The notes: generated by a model not told the origin, from the sequence alone. Counted from the first letter of the whole stretch, positions 1 through 10,461 are shown. The stretch is 63,764 nucleotides of DNA, filler included, from Stramenopiles sp. TOSAG23-3 (GCA_900128585.1; 5 parts of 5 records of this genome joined end to end with filler, not necessarily neighbours in it); one strand, 5' to 3'. Numbers and translations: made by a program.

Positions 1-178
1 ATTATTATTAATAATCGGAAAGTTCGAGTTTAGGGATGCTAGAAAGTTTGAGGAAGTCTCGGTACGACCTTTGAGGGAGTTTGAGCGTGATGGAATTTGC
101 AGAACAAGGACCTGCGAATTTCTGACACTTTAAAAAAGAAAAGGAAACAACTAAACTTAAAAAACCTGAAACGGAACC

Positions 179-496
179 ATGGTAGTTGAACATATCGTAT
201 TGTTGAAGATCAAGTCAGACACGTCCGAGGAGCAACTGCTCAAAATAGAGACAGGATTGTACAATCTCAAAACTGAAATCCCTGGAATAATTGACATATC
301 TTTTGGGGCTGATTTTTCAGGCCGGAGCCAAGGATTTTCCCATGGACTTGTAGTAAGATTTGAATCGAAAGAAGCCAGCGTTGCTTATCAAACGCACCCC
401 GCTCACGCTAGCTACCGAGACAATGTCTTGAAACCGTTCCTTGGTGGCGACGCGCCACTCGTCCTGGCGTGCGATTACGAATTTGCCAAGATGTAA
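179..496 (+). CDS. Dabb family stress-responsive A/B barrel protein with PTS1-like C-terminus (AKM)
   Basis: 105 aa; 'VEHIVLLKIK...IPGIIDISFG...GFSHGLVVRFES...YQTHPAH...DYE' is the Dabb pattern. Confidence 0.88.
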   Translation: MVVEHIVLLKIKSDTSEEQLLKIETGLYNLKTEIPGIIDISFGADFSGRSQGFSHGLVVRFESKEASVAYQTHPAHASYRDNVLKPFLGGDAPLVLACDYEFAKM

Positions 497-923
497 AATC
501 TTTTGCTGCATGCAAAGTGTGCGCCTATAAAGCGATTGCGCGGGAGGCACAGTGGCCACCAGTTTTAATACTAAATATAGCACAAATGCATTTTTTCACG
601 CGACGAATACGCACGAGACGTAATGTTTTTAATTACGTAGCTTAAAGTCTTAAAATTTATGAAAACAAATTATTTTATANNNNNNNNNNNNNNNNNNNNN
701 NNNNNNNNNNNNNNNNNNNNNNNNNNNNNATAGTCTCATTTCAATATTACGATTTCAGTTCCAACCTTACTTTATGATATAATTGAATCAGGCTTTTTTA
801 AAATAATGATTATAAATCTTGTTCTTACAAACTCCTTTATCCCCCCCCCCCCCAACAACATTCAGTGTTTATCTAAATATATTTATTCATCTACGAACTA
901 AAGTAGAGTGCACCAAGGACTTA

Positions 924-3380
924 TCATTTTGTCTGCTTTACCAGAAGCTCAAATTCCATGGCAGCGGTCTTCATCGAAGGCCGGTCTTCTGCACGGTAAG
1001 CAAGCATCTTCGTGACAATCGTACAGATCTCGGTAGGAATGGATTTGAAGTCGTACATTCCCGGATCCGAGCCTTTCATGGAGTGGTCAATAATCTCCTC
1101 TACGGAAGACTTTCCCCGTTCGTACGGCTGCACACCTGTAAACATATACATGATCACCAAGCCAACGCAGAACGTATCCACTTTAGCCCCATCTACAGTG
1201 TACGGGCCGGCTTGGAGACTAGCCTTCTTCAGCGACCTATTTCGATAGAATCGCATCAATTCAGGGGGAAAGTAGGGTATTGTCCCGAACTCTTGCTCCA
1301 CATCAACCCCGTGGGTAACACCCTGCAAGACACGGGCTTCTCCAAGATCGCATACTCTCAGCTCACAAACTTTGCTGTTGTTATAATCTTGGGACGTGAG
1401 CAAAATATTCTGGGGCTTTATATCAAAATGAACGACGGGTTCATGCCGGTTGTGAAAGTACCAAATCGCCTCACACAAGTTCCAGCTCCATCGCAATTTC
1501 GTTTGATAGGTGGGCACCTTTGAAGAAACAGCGTCAATCATGTTGCCCCCGTCGCACCACTCCGACACGAGGTAGTAAGACATCGAACGCGACACTGAGT
1601 CGAATTTCGTTGACACACCAAAAAACCGGGCGACGGAGGGGTGCTGGAGCTTGGCCATGATCTCTGCCTCGTCATTAAACGTGGCCAAACTCCCATCAAA
1701 CGTATCAAACACCTCTTTTACGGCAACGGGGGTGCCGGAAAGCACCGCCTTTCGAACACGACCCTGCGCCCCAGCAGCAAACCACTTGCCAAGCACAAGG
1801 TTTTCATACGGGACAATGAAGTCGTCCCGTTTGACGTTTCTTGTAAACGTTAGAGACGAAGATTTTTCGCGCCTTTCTGGTGTTTCGGAATTTACGTGGA
1901 CGGGCGCAGTCGAACGCGATCTTTGCCTTCGATTCAATACAATCAAGCAGATTGAAATAACGGCAACGCAGACGCCAGTACCAATGGCAATTTCGTGTCG
2001 ACGATCCTTGATGGTATAATGAAATTCCTTCTCAACACTGGCGACCAATGAGCTAACGAAGAACACGATTCCAGCAAAACTCCCCGCAAAACGTTTCGGC
2101 GCCATTATACCAACGACAACATACAACGGGGTCCCGAGCCATGCATACGTAGGCAACCACCCAGTCCCAATATATTTTACCACCTGCCTCCCAAATAGCC
2201 CAAATTTGCTCATCGTAATATAAGCGAACCGCACTGTTGTCAGAATCGACCCGGACGCTAGCACATATAATGCGGGAAATCTGGACAAAATTTCGTACCC
2301 CAAAAAAACACCAAATGGAACCAATATAAATTGAATCGAGACAAGGTCAACAAAAGTATTTGTTGAGTGAGAGGCAAATGACCATCTACCGTTAAAACTG
2401 TTCGCGAGATGACAGAAGCGCCACAGCGAGACTGCAAAACTAATCACCACGATGGATTGCCACCGAACCTTCAATTCCAAAACAATTCTGTCAATACTGT
2501 GCGGTGGCCGAAGCTGTTCCAGGGTTGCGACCTGGAACTTAAATTTGCCGTTTTCTTTGCCATTTTTTGCTTTCCAACAAAAAAACCTGCGCATGTTCAA
2601 CTCGATCGCACCAGTACGAACACACAACAATATAATAGGCCCATACATCAGTAATGTATGAATCAATAGCAAAATCTTTGGTGATAAGTTAATTTTCTGA
2701 AGAGGTTTTAACAGAAAAAACACATTGAACAGAAGCCACAAGTATGACCCCCCGTACATTGCAAATGCAACTGCGAACCTTTGTTGGGATTTTAACGGAG
2801 CCACGCTTTTGTTTGCACGGTGGGATCCTACCACCAGCGGCCACGTCATCCCTGAACAAAAGCGTCCTATGCATGTTCCCACAACGATGCAAACAGTTGT
2901 TGGGTTCCCTTCAGTCGATATAAAATACGCTACGTGCGAAAGCACAAAACTAATCATAATTAGCACAAAGACGGCCCGCTCTACAGCAAACGGGCCTTTG
3001 GCGTCAAAGTAAACCCCCCCCAAAAGACTACCGAGAGCATGGCACACTTCAAAGTACCACTTTTCCGCATAATCCGAACGGTCCATGAAACTTAAAGATA
3101 TTTTGGACGCATGGTAATACAAGGTGCCCAGAAAGAACATCGCCCTCCCCGACCATTTTGCTTTTCGAATAGCGTCCACGACCAGTGCCTTTTCCAAGTC
3201 GGCATCTTCAACTGTAAACTCGTCGCTGATAGAATTCTGGAGCTCCCGATTGCTTCTTGATCTCATGGTAGAGTTGCCCGTTAAGTCGTACAGAGTGTCG
3301 GCACTCGAGTTCCTGAAATTAGACCCACCATACGACGTTCTCAGAAGGGGGGCCGTCATAGTACCCGCTCCCTCCTCCAT
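924..3380 (-). CDS. Multi-TM MFS-like domain fused to a C-terminal TKL-like protein kinase
   Basis: 818 aa single ORF; about 12 hydrophobic segments, then kinase motifs AAGAQGRV, VAVK, HFDIKPQN, DLG, GTIPYFPPE. Confidence 0.85.
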   Translation of the reverse strand: MEEGAGTMTAPLLRTSYGGSNFRNSSADTLYDLTGNSTMRSRSNRELQNSISDEFTVEDADLEKALVVDAIRKAKWSGRAMFFLGTLYYHASKISLSFMDRSDYAEKWYFEVCHALGSLLGGVYFDAKGPFAVERAVFVLIMISFVLSHVAYFISTEGNPTTVCIVVGTCIGRFCSGMTWPLVVGSHRANKSVAPLKSQQRFAVAFAMYGGSYLWLLFNVFFLLKPLQKINLSPKILLLIHTLLMYGPIILLCVRTGAIELNMRRFFCWKAKNGKENGKFKFQVATLEQLRPPHSIDRIVLELKVRWQSIVVISFAVSLWRFCHLANSFNGRWSFASHSTNTFVDLVSIQFILVPFGVFLGYEILSRFPALYVLASGSILTTVRFAYITMSKFGLFGRQVVKYIGTGWLPTYAWLGTPLYVVVGIMAPKRFAGSFAGIVFFVSSLVASVEKEFHYTIKDRRHEIAIGTGVCVAVISICLIVLNRRQRSRSTAPVHVNSETPERREKSSSLTFTRNVKRDDFIVPYENLVLGKWFAAGAQGRVRKAVLSGTPVAVKEVFDTFDGSLATFNDEAEIMAKLQHPSVARFFGVSTKFDSVSRSMSYYLVSEWCDGGNMIDAVSSKVPTYQTKLRWSWNLCEAIWYFHNRHEPVVHFDIKPQNILLTSQDYNNSKVCELRVCDLGEARVLQGVTHGVDVEQEFGTIPYFPPELMRFYRNRSLKKASLQAGPYTVDGAKVDTFCVGLVIMYMFTGVQPYERGKSSVEEIIDHSMKGSDPGMYDFKSIPTEICTIVTKMLAYRAEDRPSMKTAAMEFELLVKQTK

Positions 3381-3720
3381 TTTTCCAAGAGACGAGCAAA
3401 GAAATAATATATATGTACGTTCGTCAAAGTTAGGCGTGATACGGCCGGGATTGGCACGTGGGAGTTATATATATATAAGGTATCTTCAATAATAATTAAA
3501 CTCACAAAGGTTTTGAAATGTTTTGTGAACGAAAGAAGGTAAACACCAGAACAAAATCAAAGCATACCTTTTCCGCTTATATATATATATATACATTCGT
3601 TCATTCAAGAGATAATTAATAAAGGAAGAAGAAAAAAAAAGAAGACGAAAATTTTATTTAGTAGGATTTGTTTTTTGTTGTTTTTTTATTATATTATTAT
3701 TAATAAAACAAAACACACAC

Positions 3721-3780
3721 GAAGAAGAAAAGTAAAGAAGAAGCAAGAAAGAAGAAGAAGAAGAAGAAGAAGAAGGAAGA
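3721..3780. repeat. (GAA)n purine-rich microsatellite in a divergent spacer
   Basis: Visible GAA tandem run. Confidence 0.85.
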
Positions 3781-4512
3781 GCCACCACCACACCGCGGTT
3801 AGAAAAAAAGAAAAAGAAGTGCTGACTCTCTTAGATGTTATATAGAATAGAAATGTATTCTTTAATTAAATACAAATACAATCACAAACAAATGATAATG
3901 GAACTCAGATCCTATTATTGTGATAGATATTATATCCTTCTTCTATGATTATTTTATCCTATAAGATATTATATTCTAATTATTATACTTATTTGATTGT
4001 TTTATCCGTTTTGAGGAAGTGGAAATAAAAAAACAATACAATATAGACATAGCATTGCACGCGGTATCAATTTGATTTTAAAGATTGGAATTCTAGATAC
4101 TGTGTACGTGTTAATCCAAGTATGTTAATATGACATTTCTGCATTCCGAACTAAAGGTACGTTATTATACCAACCAAATAGAATGTAATACACTTCTGCC
4201 GAAGAGGAGAGGAAGAGGGGGGGTGAGGATTGATATTTAAGTATAGATAGATAGAATAAAAATGGGGGCGCGGTGGTGGCGGCGTGGGAGCGGTGGGGTG
4301 GTCATCATCATGTCATAGTTAGTTTGTTTTCATTTTCATTTCGATTTTGGTTTCGATTTTGATGCTATTTGTGAGCGTGTTGGAATTGGCAGACATTATA
4401 TTTTGTCGTTTGTTTGTGTAGCGTTCTTTTCGCGTTGGTGTAAGAAAGCAGCAAGAAGTGTGGGACGACCGGACCGGGCCACCGCCGCCATCAACCAGAA
4501 AAGGGACCAGCC

Positions 4513-5865
4513 ATGTACCGGCGAATGGCCACGCTGAACCCTATCCTTGAGAGGAAGCACAGGGAACGGCAAAAGATGATATACCGGCGAAGGCTGAAAT
4601 CAGTCTCGAAATCAGTCGACAACGACTGCCCGTACTCGTATCGTAATTTAAAGAAGGGCAACCACAAACGAAACTTGAAGAAGGAACAGATGCAGGAGGA
4701 ACGGTACACGTTAATAGAACGTGAGAACCGCATGCTGTTGGAAAAGATGTCTTGGATCATGCAGCACAACAGCATCGACATGCACAACAAAAGCAGGCAG
4801 TTCTGCAAAAGCCTGAATTACCCGCACCGTGTCAAGCGATTGCAGACGATCAACAAGAGGAACAAGGAGCTCTTGACCCGCATCAAGAAGACCAAGCCGT
4901 ACTACGATACGACCAAGTGGGAAAAAGAGCGAGAAGTCATGGAGCACCACCTGGAGCACATGGGCGAGTACCCTTACATCATGAACAAGTTAGGTCCCGA
5001 CGGCAAAGTCCGCCCTGCGACCAGGGAAAAGTTGCGACGAAGGCATCAGCGCATGATTCGAAGCGCCCGAGGCACTCGGCGCCCGGGCACGTCCGCAAGC
5101 ACGATGTCCTTGTCCACGGCAGGGAGACGCAGCACGGGGACCCCGGGCCGGCGGGGAATGCGCGGGTCGACCCGAGGAAGCTCACGGGGAAGCCTCCGCA
5201 ACACTGGCTCCCGCATGAGCGCGCGCAGCATTGGCATCAACAGCTCGGGGCGACCAGGCACGAGTGAATCAATGATGTACCGCCCCAACACGGCCGACAG
5301 CCGCTTGCAAACGCCCGAAGGCCGCCGCCACGGGTTGCTCGCCCCGATGGAGGACGGCCTGACGGGCACGGAGCCGCCCGCGGACTTGCTGGGCAGCCCG
5401 GGTGCGCTCCAAAGCGCGTTGATCCCAACTCCAAGCCATGAAGTTGTGTTGCTGGAAGAAGAGATCACCATGTCGGTGACAGACGAACATGTTGACGTTC
5501 GCGTCACCGTGATCGAGGTCGGAATGCGGCATCCCAATGGGGCCGATGGCTGCACCGGGTTAATCATTCGTGGGTTGATTCCAGGGGACGAAGTTACGAT
5601 CGAGTACGTCTGCAGCATCGACGAAGTCAAGCAGCTCTGCCAGAACAACGCGTGGGCCAATGCAACTATCGACTTGCTAGAACCAGTCGACGAAGCCGAC
5701 CTGGACGAGGGCGAAGGCCAGCAGGAAATCGTGTACAAAAGGGTTAGCGATGTTGCACAGACGTTGACGGAGGGGTTTAACGCAGCAGTCACGCTGGCAA
5801 GGCACATTGCGAAGAGCATCAAACTGCTGCGCGATGAAGAGGGCACGTACTATTTCAGTGCGTAA
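4513..5865 (+). CDS. CFAP97/Hemingway (KIAA1430-like) domain ciliary protein
   Basis: N-terminal 'IYRRRLKSVSKSVDNDCP...ERYTLIERENRMLLEKMSWI...SLNYPHRVKRLQTINKRNKELLTRIKKTKPYY' matches the CFAP97 domain pattern; RPGT-rich linker follows. Confidence 0.8.
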   Translation: MYRRMATLNPILERKHRERQKMIYRRRLKSVSKSVDNDCPYSYRNLKKGNHKRNLKKEQMQEERYTLIERENRMLLEKMSWIMQHNSIDMHNKSRQFCKSLNYPHRVKRLQTINKRNKELLTRIKKTKPYYDTTKWEKEREVMEHHLEHMGEYPYIMNKLGPDGKVRPATREKLRRRHQRMIRSARGTRRPGTSASTMSLSTAGRRSTGTPGRRGMRGSTRGSSRGSLRNTGSRMSARSIGINSSGRPGTSESMMYRPNTADSRLQTPEGRRHGLLAPMEDGLTGTEPPADLLGSPGALQSALIPTPSHEVVLLEEEITMSVTDEHVDVRVTVIEVGMRHPNGADGCTGLIIRGLIPGDEVTIEYVCSIDEVKQLCQNNAWANATIDLLEPVDEADLDEGEGQQEIVYKRVSDVAQTLTEGFNAAVTLARHIAKSIKLLRDEEGTYYFSA

Positions 5866-6166
5866 TCCGATTGCGCCGAAAACGTGAAAGCAAGGGAGAG
5901 AGAAGAAGAGGAAGCGTGGCAGAGGATGTAGCGGCGTTTATTATTGCCGTTGGGCGTTTTTTATTGCCGTTGGGTTATGGGTGTTATGCACATGATTTGC
6001 ACCCGCGTTGCCGTAAGGTATGTCCCCACTTACGGGAAGGTAATGTCACCACTTACGAACCAGAATTGTTTAATCAGGATAATGGCTGTTTTTGTCCATT
6101 AAAGGGTTACGTTCCTTTAATGTAATGGCTGTTTAAAACAACACACAGATTAAAATTTTTAATACC

Positions 6167-6302
6167 AAACAAATTATATAGTATGTTTTCAGTTAAGTAA
6201 AAAAAGAAAAGAAAAAAGAAGGTAAAACCGTTCAAGAACCCAAACTCCTCCTTGTTCCAGAATAAGTCTTCTGGTATTTCCATCAATTCAAAGTATCATA
6301 TC
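6167..6302 (+). repeat. 3'-spacer dispersed repeat, module B
   Basis: Closely similar to the reverse complement of 15482-15622 (GAAGGTAAAACCGTTCAAGAACCCAAACTCCTCCTTGTTCCAGAATAAG...). Confidence 0.85.
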
Positions 6303-6585
6303 TTGCCTTAAAACATACTATTTATTTTGCTTTTTTCATATGATATCTAAACATATAATTTGTTTTTCATATGATATGTCATAAAATTGTTTGAGACAGC
6401 GGCTATTATTGTTTTAAATATCATACCGTGGTCGTGCTTTAACCTGAAATATTAAAATTTTCATTTCTTTCTTTTTTATGATAAAATTACAAAAGTATTA
6501 AGTGCGCTCTCTAGGTACGAGTAGCCATACTTCCCCCCAGCTCGATGGCCCTTGCTGAGATCGTCGCGCACCCAAAATCCTCTAC

Positions 6586-8499
6586 CTAGTCGTTTTTCTT
6601 GTCGGCCTTCACCGACTTCGCTTTTAGGCTGTTATTTAAGGTAACCGACTTCTCAGGGGTTGGCGCGTCGGCTTGAATCTGCTCGTCGTACAATTTTTGT
6701 GACTCTTCTGCAAGGTACTTGCCAATACTTGTCTTCGACAGAAGAGTCATCGACGTCCGGGTTAGCACCACAAATCTATAAAAACAGTGCATGAGCAACA
6801 GAGTTACTGTGCCCAGCTCAAATGCGTCGTACCATGTAAAGCCTGGTGGGGACAGCAAAACGATGCACACAAACAGTTCCAGCCAGTCGGTTTTTAAACC
6901 GTCAATCAACAGCGGTTTGCCAAACCAAAATAGAAACGCGGTGAAGACGATAAAGGTGTAGGATGAATTCTCACGGCTGCGCCACAAGAACCCGTCCATG
7001 CCAAAGTAGACACCGTCCACCACCGCCATAAGGATGGTGATGCCCAGCGCGACCAAGTACCCGAGACTGACCAGCGCGTTCAATGGGTACAGGTTTTCGT
7101 TAGCACCGGGCTCGGACTGAATTTTCTGTCGAAATTGCAGCGAGACCTGGGCCAGGACTCCCGTGTTCCCTCTCAAGAGCAAGTACATCGAATAGTACAG
7201 TCGTACGAGCCAGAACATCACGAACGGCGCAGCGTCTAAAATGGCAATGACTTGGTGCGGCGCGGCCATCAGCCATGGCAACGGCCACCAGCCTTTCCAT
7301 ATGAAATACCCGCTGCCACCCCACGAGTTGGGCAGCAAGAGGCTGCAGAGCACTAAGTCGGCGAGGCTCATCGCGCCCAGGACGGCAAGGGCTTTTCGAA
7401 AGCTCCCGAAGCCTTTCGGCAGGCCTGGGATGGACGCAGCGCCAAGAAAATAAACGAAAGCATGGGCGATGGAGTAATGGGTGGCGAATGCCCAGCAGAT
7501 CCAGAGCATCGGCCAGTCCGCCGCCCAGAAGAAGCTCCAAGCCTCCCCCAGAAGAATGTAGGACAACAGGTCCAGGGCCGACCAGCCCCCGCACGCGTAC
7601 AGGCTGGTCTTCAACAAACGTTTCAACCGTTCCTTTCGTTTCGCTTTTGGCCCAAGCAAGACCATGGCGTCTTGGATTTTCTGAAAGTACTCCTTCGCCT
7701 TTGGGTTCCCTCGGTTTTTATCGGGGTGCCACTTGCGGCACACCTTTCGGTACGCCTTTTTAATATCGTCCTGGGAGGGCGACGTTTTGCCACTCAGTTC
7801 AAGGTACTTGTACGCCCCGTCGAGAGTCATGCTTTGGTCCCCCATGGACGTCTCTTGCAAGAAAAAATCATGATCATGGAACCACCCACCCCACCAGTGG
7901 TTGTCCAAACCTGCGGTATTCACATAACCCGACAGCGCGTACAGGACTATTGTCAGGAGCAAGACGTGCCCCAGGACTAGCAAGAGCACCCAGAGGATCA
8001 ACGACAAGTAATAGAGGGGGTAGTCCACAAAATAGTAATACAAGGCTGGGAACGCGTGGGCATCTTTCCCCCACGCAAAGCCGATCGCAAACATGTAGTC
8101 CACCACGGAGTACACGAGAAGGGCGGCGATCCAAACACCAAACATTTCAAAATTGAACACGTACTCGCGCCACATTTTGTGGTGCTTTTTCACGGCCAGG
8201 TTTGGGGTTCGCTGCGGCCCAACCCCCAGGACCTTGGACAGGCCTGGGGCGTGCGACGCCACGTACAGGGTGCTCGCCACCAGAAAGACGTGCGATAGGA
8301 CAGACCATACCGTCCAGCACACGTACGCCCTCATGTAAAATAGTAACCACAAAAGCACACACACAATAACAACGGTAATGACATCCATCGCAGCCTTTGC
8401 TTCAGGGGATTCTGCACTATCTTTCCCACCATCCTTCGCCGGGGGGGTGGCGGGGGAGCCCGGACCCGCCGTGGTCGGATTACTTGACGCGTCGGCCAT
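6586..8499 (-). CDS. Polytopic membrane protein with an internal DnaJ (J) domain and C-terminal KKxx motif
   Basis: 'DIKKAYRKVCRKWHPDKNRGNPKAKEYFQKIQDA' with intact HPD, flanked by many TM segments; ends KKND. Confidence 0.85.
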   Translation of the reverse strand: MADASSNPTTAGPGSPATPPAKDGGKDSAESPEAKAAMDVITVVIVCVLLWLLFYMRAYVCWTVWSVLSHVFLVASTLYVASHAPGLSKVLGVGPQRTPNLAVKKHHKMWREYVFNFEMFGVWIAALLVYSVVDYMFAIGFAWGKDAHAFPALYYYFVDYPLYYLSLILWVLLLVLGHVLLLTIVLYALSGYVNTAGLDNHWWGGWFHDHDFFLQETSMGDQSMTLDGAYKYLELSGKTSPSQDDIKKAYRKVCRKWHPDKNRGNPKAKEYFQKIQDAMVLLGPKAKRKERLKRLLKTSLYACGGWSALDLLSYILLGEAWSFFWAADWPMLWICWAFATHYSIAHAFVYFLGAASIPGLPKGFGSFRKALAVLGAMSLADLVLCSLLLPNSWGGSGYFIWKGWWPLPWLMAAPHQVIAILDAAPFVMFWLVRLYYSMYLLLRGNTGVLAQVSLQFRQKIQSEPGANENLYPLNALVSLGYLVALGITILMAVVDGVYFGMDGFLWRSRENSSYTFIVFTAFLFWFGKPLLIDGLKTDWLELFVCIVLLSPPGFTWYDAFELGTVTLLLMHCFYRFVVLTRTSMTLLSKTSIGKYLAEESQKLYDEQIQADAPTPEKSVTLNNSLKAKSVKADKKND

Positions 8500-8729
8500 G
8501 CCGTTCGTAGTTGTAGTACTCGTCGTGTATTATACTAGGTAGGATTCAGTTCACCCACACAAACCGGCAAAAAATGTATAAGTGTATAAGAAAACAAGGC
8601 ACACCCCTATCACTCCCTGAATCTTACGTTTACTCATATTAAATTCATTTCCTTTGTGGTATGAAAGCATACAGAAACTCAAACTCAAACTGAAAATCAA
8701 AACTTTTTTTTTTTGAAAAAAAAAAAAAG

Positions 8730-8902
8730 ATGAAGAAGAGAAGTAGAAGAAGAAAGAGGAAGAAGAAGAAGAAAGAAAAGAAGAAGAAGAAAGAAGAAGA
8801 AAGAAGAAGAAGAAAGAAAAAGAAGAAGAAGAAGAAGAAGAAAGAAGAAAGAAGAAGAAGAAAGAAGAAAGAAGAAAGAAGAAGAAGAAGAAGAAAGAAG
8901 AA
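8730..8902. repeat. Long imperfect (GAA)n purine tract
   Basis: About 170 bp of almost pure A/G. Confidence 0.9.
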
Positions 8903-9597
8903 GATTTGCATTAATGTTAGTACTAGGGTATATAATTCGGGTTATGGAGATAGGAAAATGCTAAAAAATGAATTGAGGAGAGATGACGTAAAACTGAACA
9001 TAAAATAAGGATATTAAAACGTAATATATTAACTACATAATTAAAGTATTATAAATGTTATAAGTTAAATATATAAAATAAAGTGAGGACGGACCTTTTT
9101 GTATACTGTATAATGTTATATAATATACTAATCTGATATGTACATTTTGTTTATATTACTTAATTATTGAAGTGAGTTTTGTAGAAGGAATTATAGAAAA
9201 TTGAAAAAGAGGGGAAAAGGATGGGTTGTAAGGTTAAATAATACATCAACAGAGCATAGGTATTAATAAATGATAGGAATATATAAGTAACAACAAGATG
9301 GTGGATGATGGATGATAATAAACAGAGAGAGAGANNNNNNNNNNNNNNNNNAGAGAGAGAGTGAGAGTAGAGCGCTAAGTAAAGGAGAGAGAAAGGGTTT
9401 TTATGAAGAAGCGATCCTTCATACAATATGAGGCACGAAACTTGTTCTTCGCCTTTTAATTTTATACTCTCTTCGTAAACAATTTAAAATTCTTCTTGTA
9501 TACACACACACGCATTTTATACACCTGGTCAAACCACACCTGGTTGCACTTCGAAGTTAGCTCGGCCGTTGGTCTGTCTGTCTGCGGCAGTGGTATG

Positions 9598-10461
9598 TCA
9601 TTGGGTCGCGATCATCGACGTGAAATACGGCCGTTTTGGGAAGGCGCCAATGTCGTCCCCTTTCGCTTCTTGCGCGGCCCCGGCGCTATTTACCTCGTCT
9701 TCATTTAACCTGAACTTGAGGGACTTGGCCGCCTCTTTGATCTTCTTGCGTTTCCTCGGGGTCACGCACTCGGCGACCTCCGCGAGGAGAAGGAATGGAT
9801 CTGTCGAATTCTGCCACTTTTGCCTCATCAAATCCATCAAATCACTATTTCTAGTAATCGTGGGCGTTCCCTGGTCAGCGGCCTCGGCCTCGTCTGACGA
9901 CGAGTCGCTGTCCGAGGACGAATCGTCGTCGTCCTCTTGGCCAGCCTCTGGTTCCCTCCGACGCTTGCTTCCGACTAAACTTTTCGGCAATTTCAACTTT
10001 GGCTTTCGCGTCGGCGTCCGCTTGGCCGACTTTTTGCTGCTCGACTTTTTGGGCGTGGTTGGGCCCTTCTTCTTCCCCTTCTCCGATTTTTTCCCCTTCT
10101 TTGCACTTTTCTTCTTCTTTTTCTTCTTTTTCGCACTCTTCTTCACACTCTTAACCTTTTCGTCCTTGCGCTTGTTGTACGGCCGGGTCCGCGCGCCGTG
10201 GTGGCGCTTCATGTGGTACCACAGGCCGCTCGCTCCCGCGTACGGGGGGTCGTCGGGGCACATGAGGCACTGGTACACCTTTGCTTTCCCGTCCGGGGCC
10301 TGGCCCTGCGCATCCTCGTCACTAGACCCCCCGAGCTTTAAACCTGGCCCTTCTGGCCGTCGGCGCATCGTGAGCTTTTTGCTCGCCTTTGGGGGCGGGG
10401 TGCTACTAACATTGAATTCTCGCTTCACAGAAGCAGAAACGGTCTCTTGCGCTTTGTTCAT
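9598..10461 (-). CDS. Single C2H2 zinc-finger protein with Lys-rich and acidic tracts (putative transcription or chromatin factor)
   Basis: 'YQCLMCPDDPPYAGASGLWYHMKRHH'; first ATG at 10461, where the GC-rich segment begins. Confidence 0.75.
   Translation of the reverse strand: MNKAQETVSASVKREFNVSSTPPPKASKKLTMRRRPEGPGLKLGGSSDEDAQGQAPDGKAKVYQCLMCPDDPPYAGASGLWYHMKRHHGARTRPYNKRKDEKVKSVKKSAKKKKKKKKSAKKGKKSEKGKKKGPTTPKKSSSKKSAKRTPTRKPKLKLPKSLVGSKRRREPEAGQEDDDDSSSDSDSSSDEAEAADQGTPTITRNSDLMDLMRQKWQNSTDPFLLLAEVAECVTPRKRKKIKEAAKSLKFRLNEDEVNSAGAAQEAKGDDIGAFPKRPYFTSMIATQ

Noticed and set aside
4261-4302. G-rich stretch as a G-quadruplex in a divergent promoter
   Set aside because: Only three runs of three or more G and a single occurrence; too weak
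6229-6241. GTTCAAGAAC as a Pol III B-box (tRNA or SINE origin of the repeat modules)
   Set aside because: Does not fit GTTCRANNC spacing; no A-box or cloverleaf seen
8645-9008. Poly-K/R and poly-F ORFs
   Set aside because: Translations of the GAA tract
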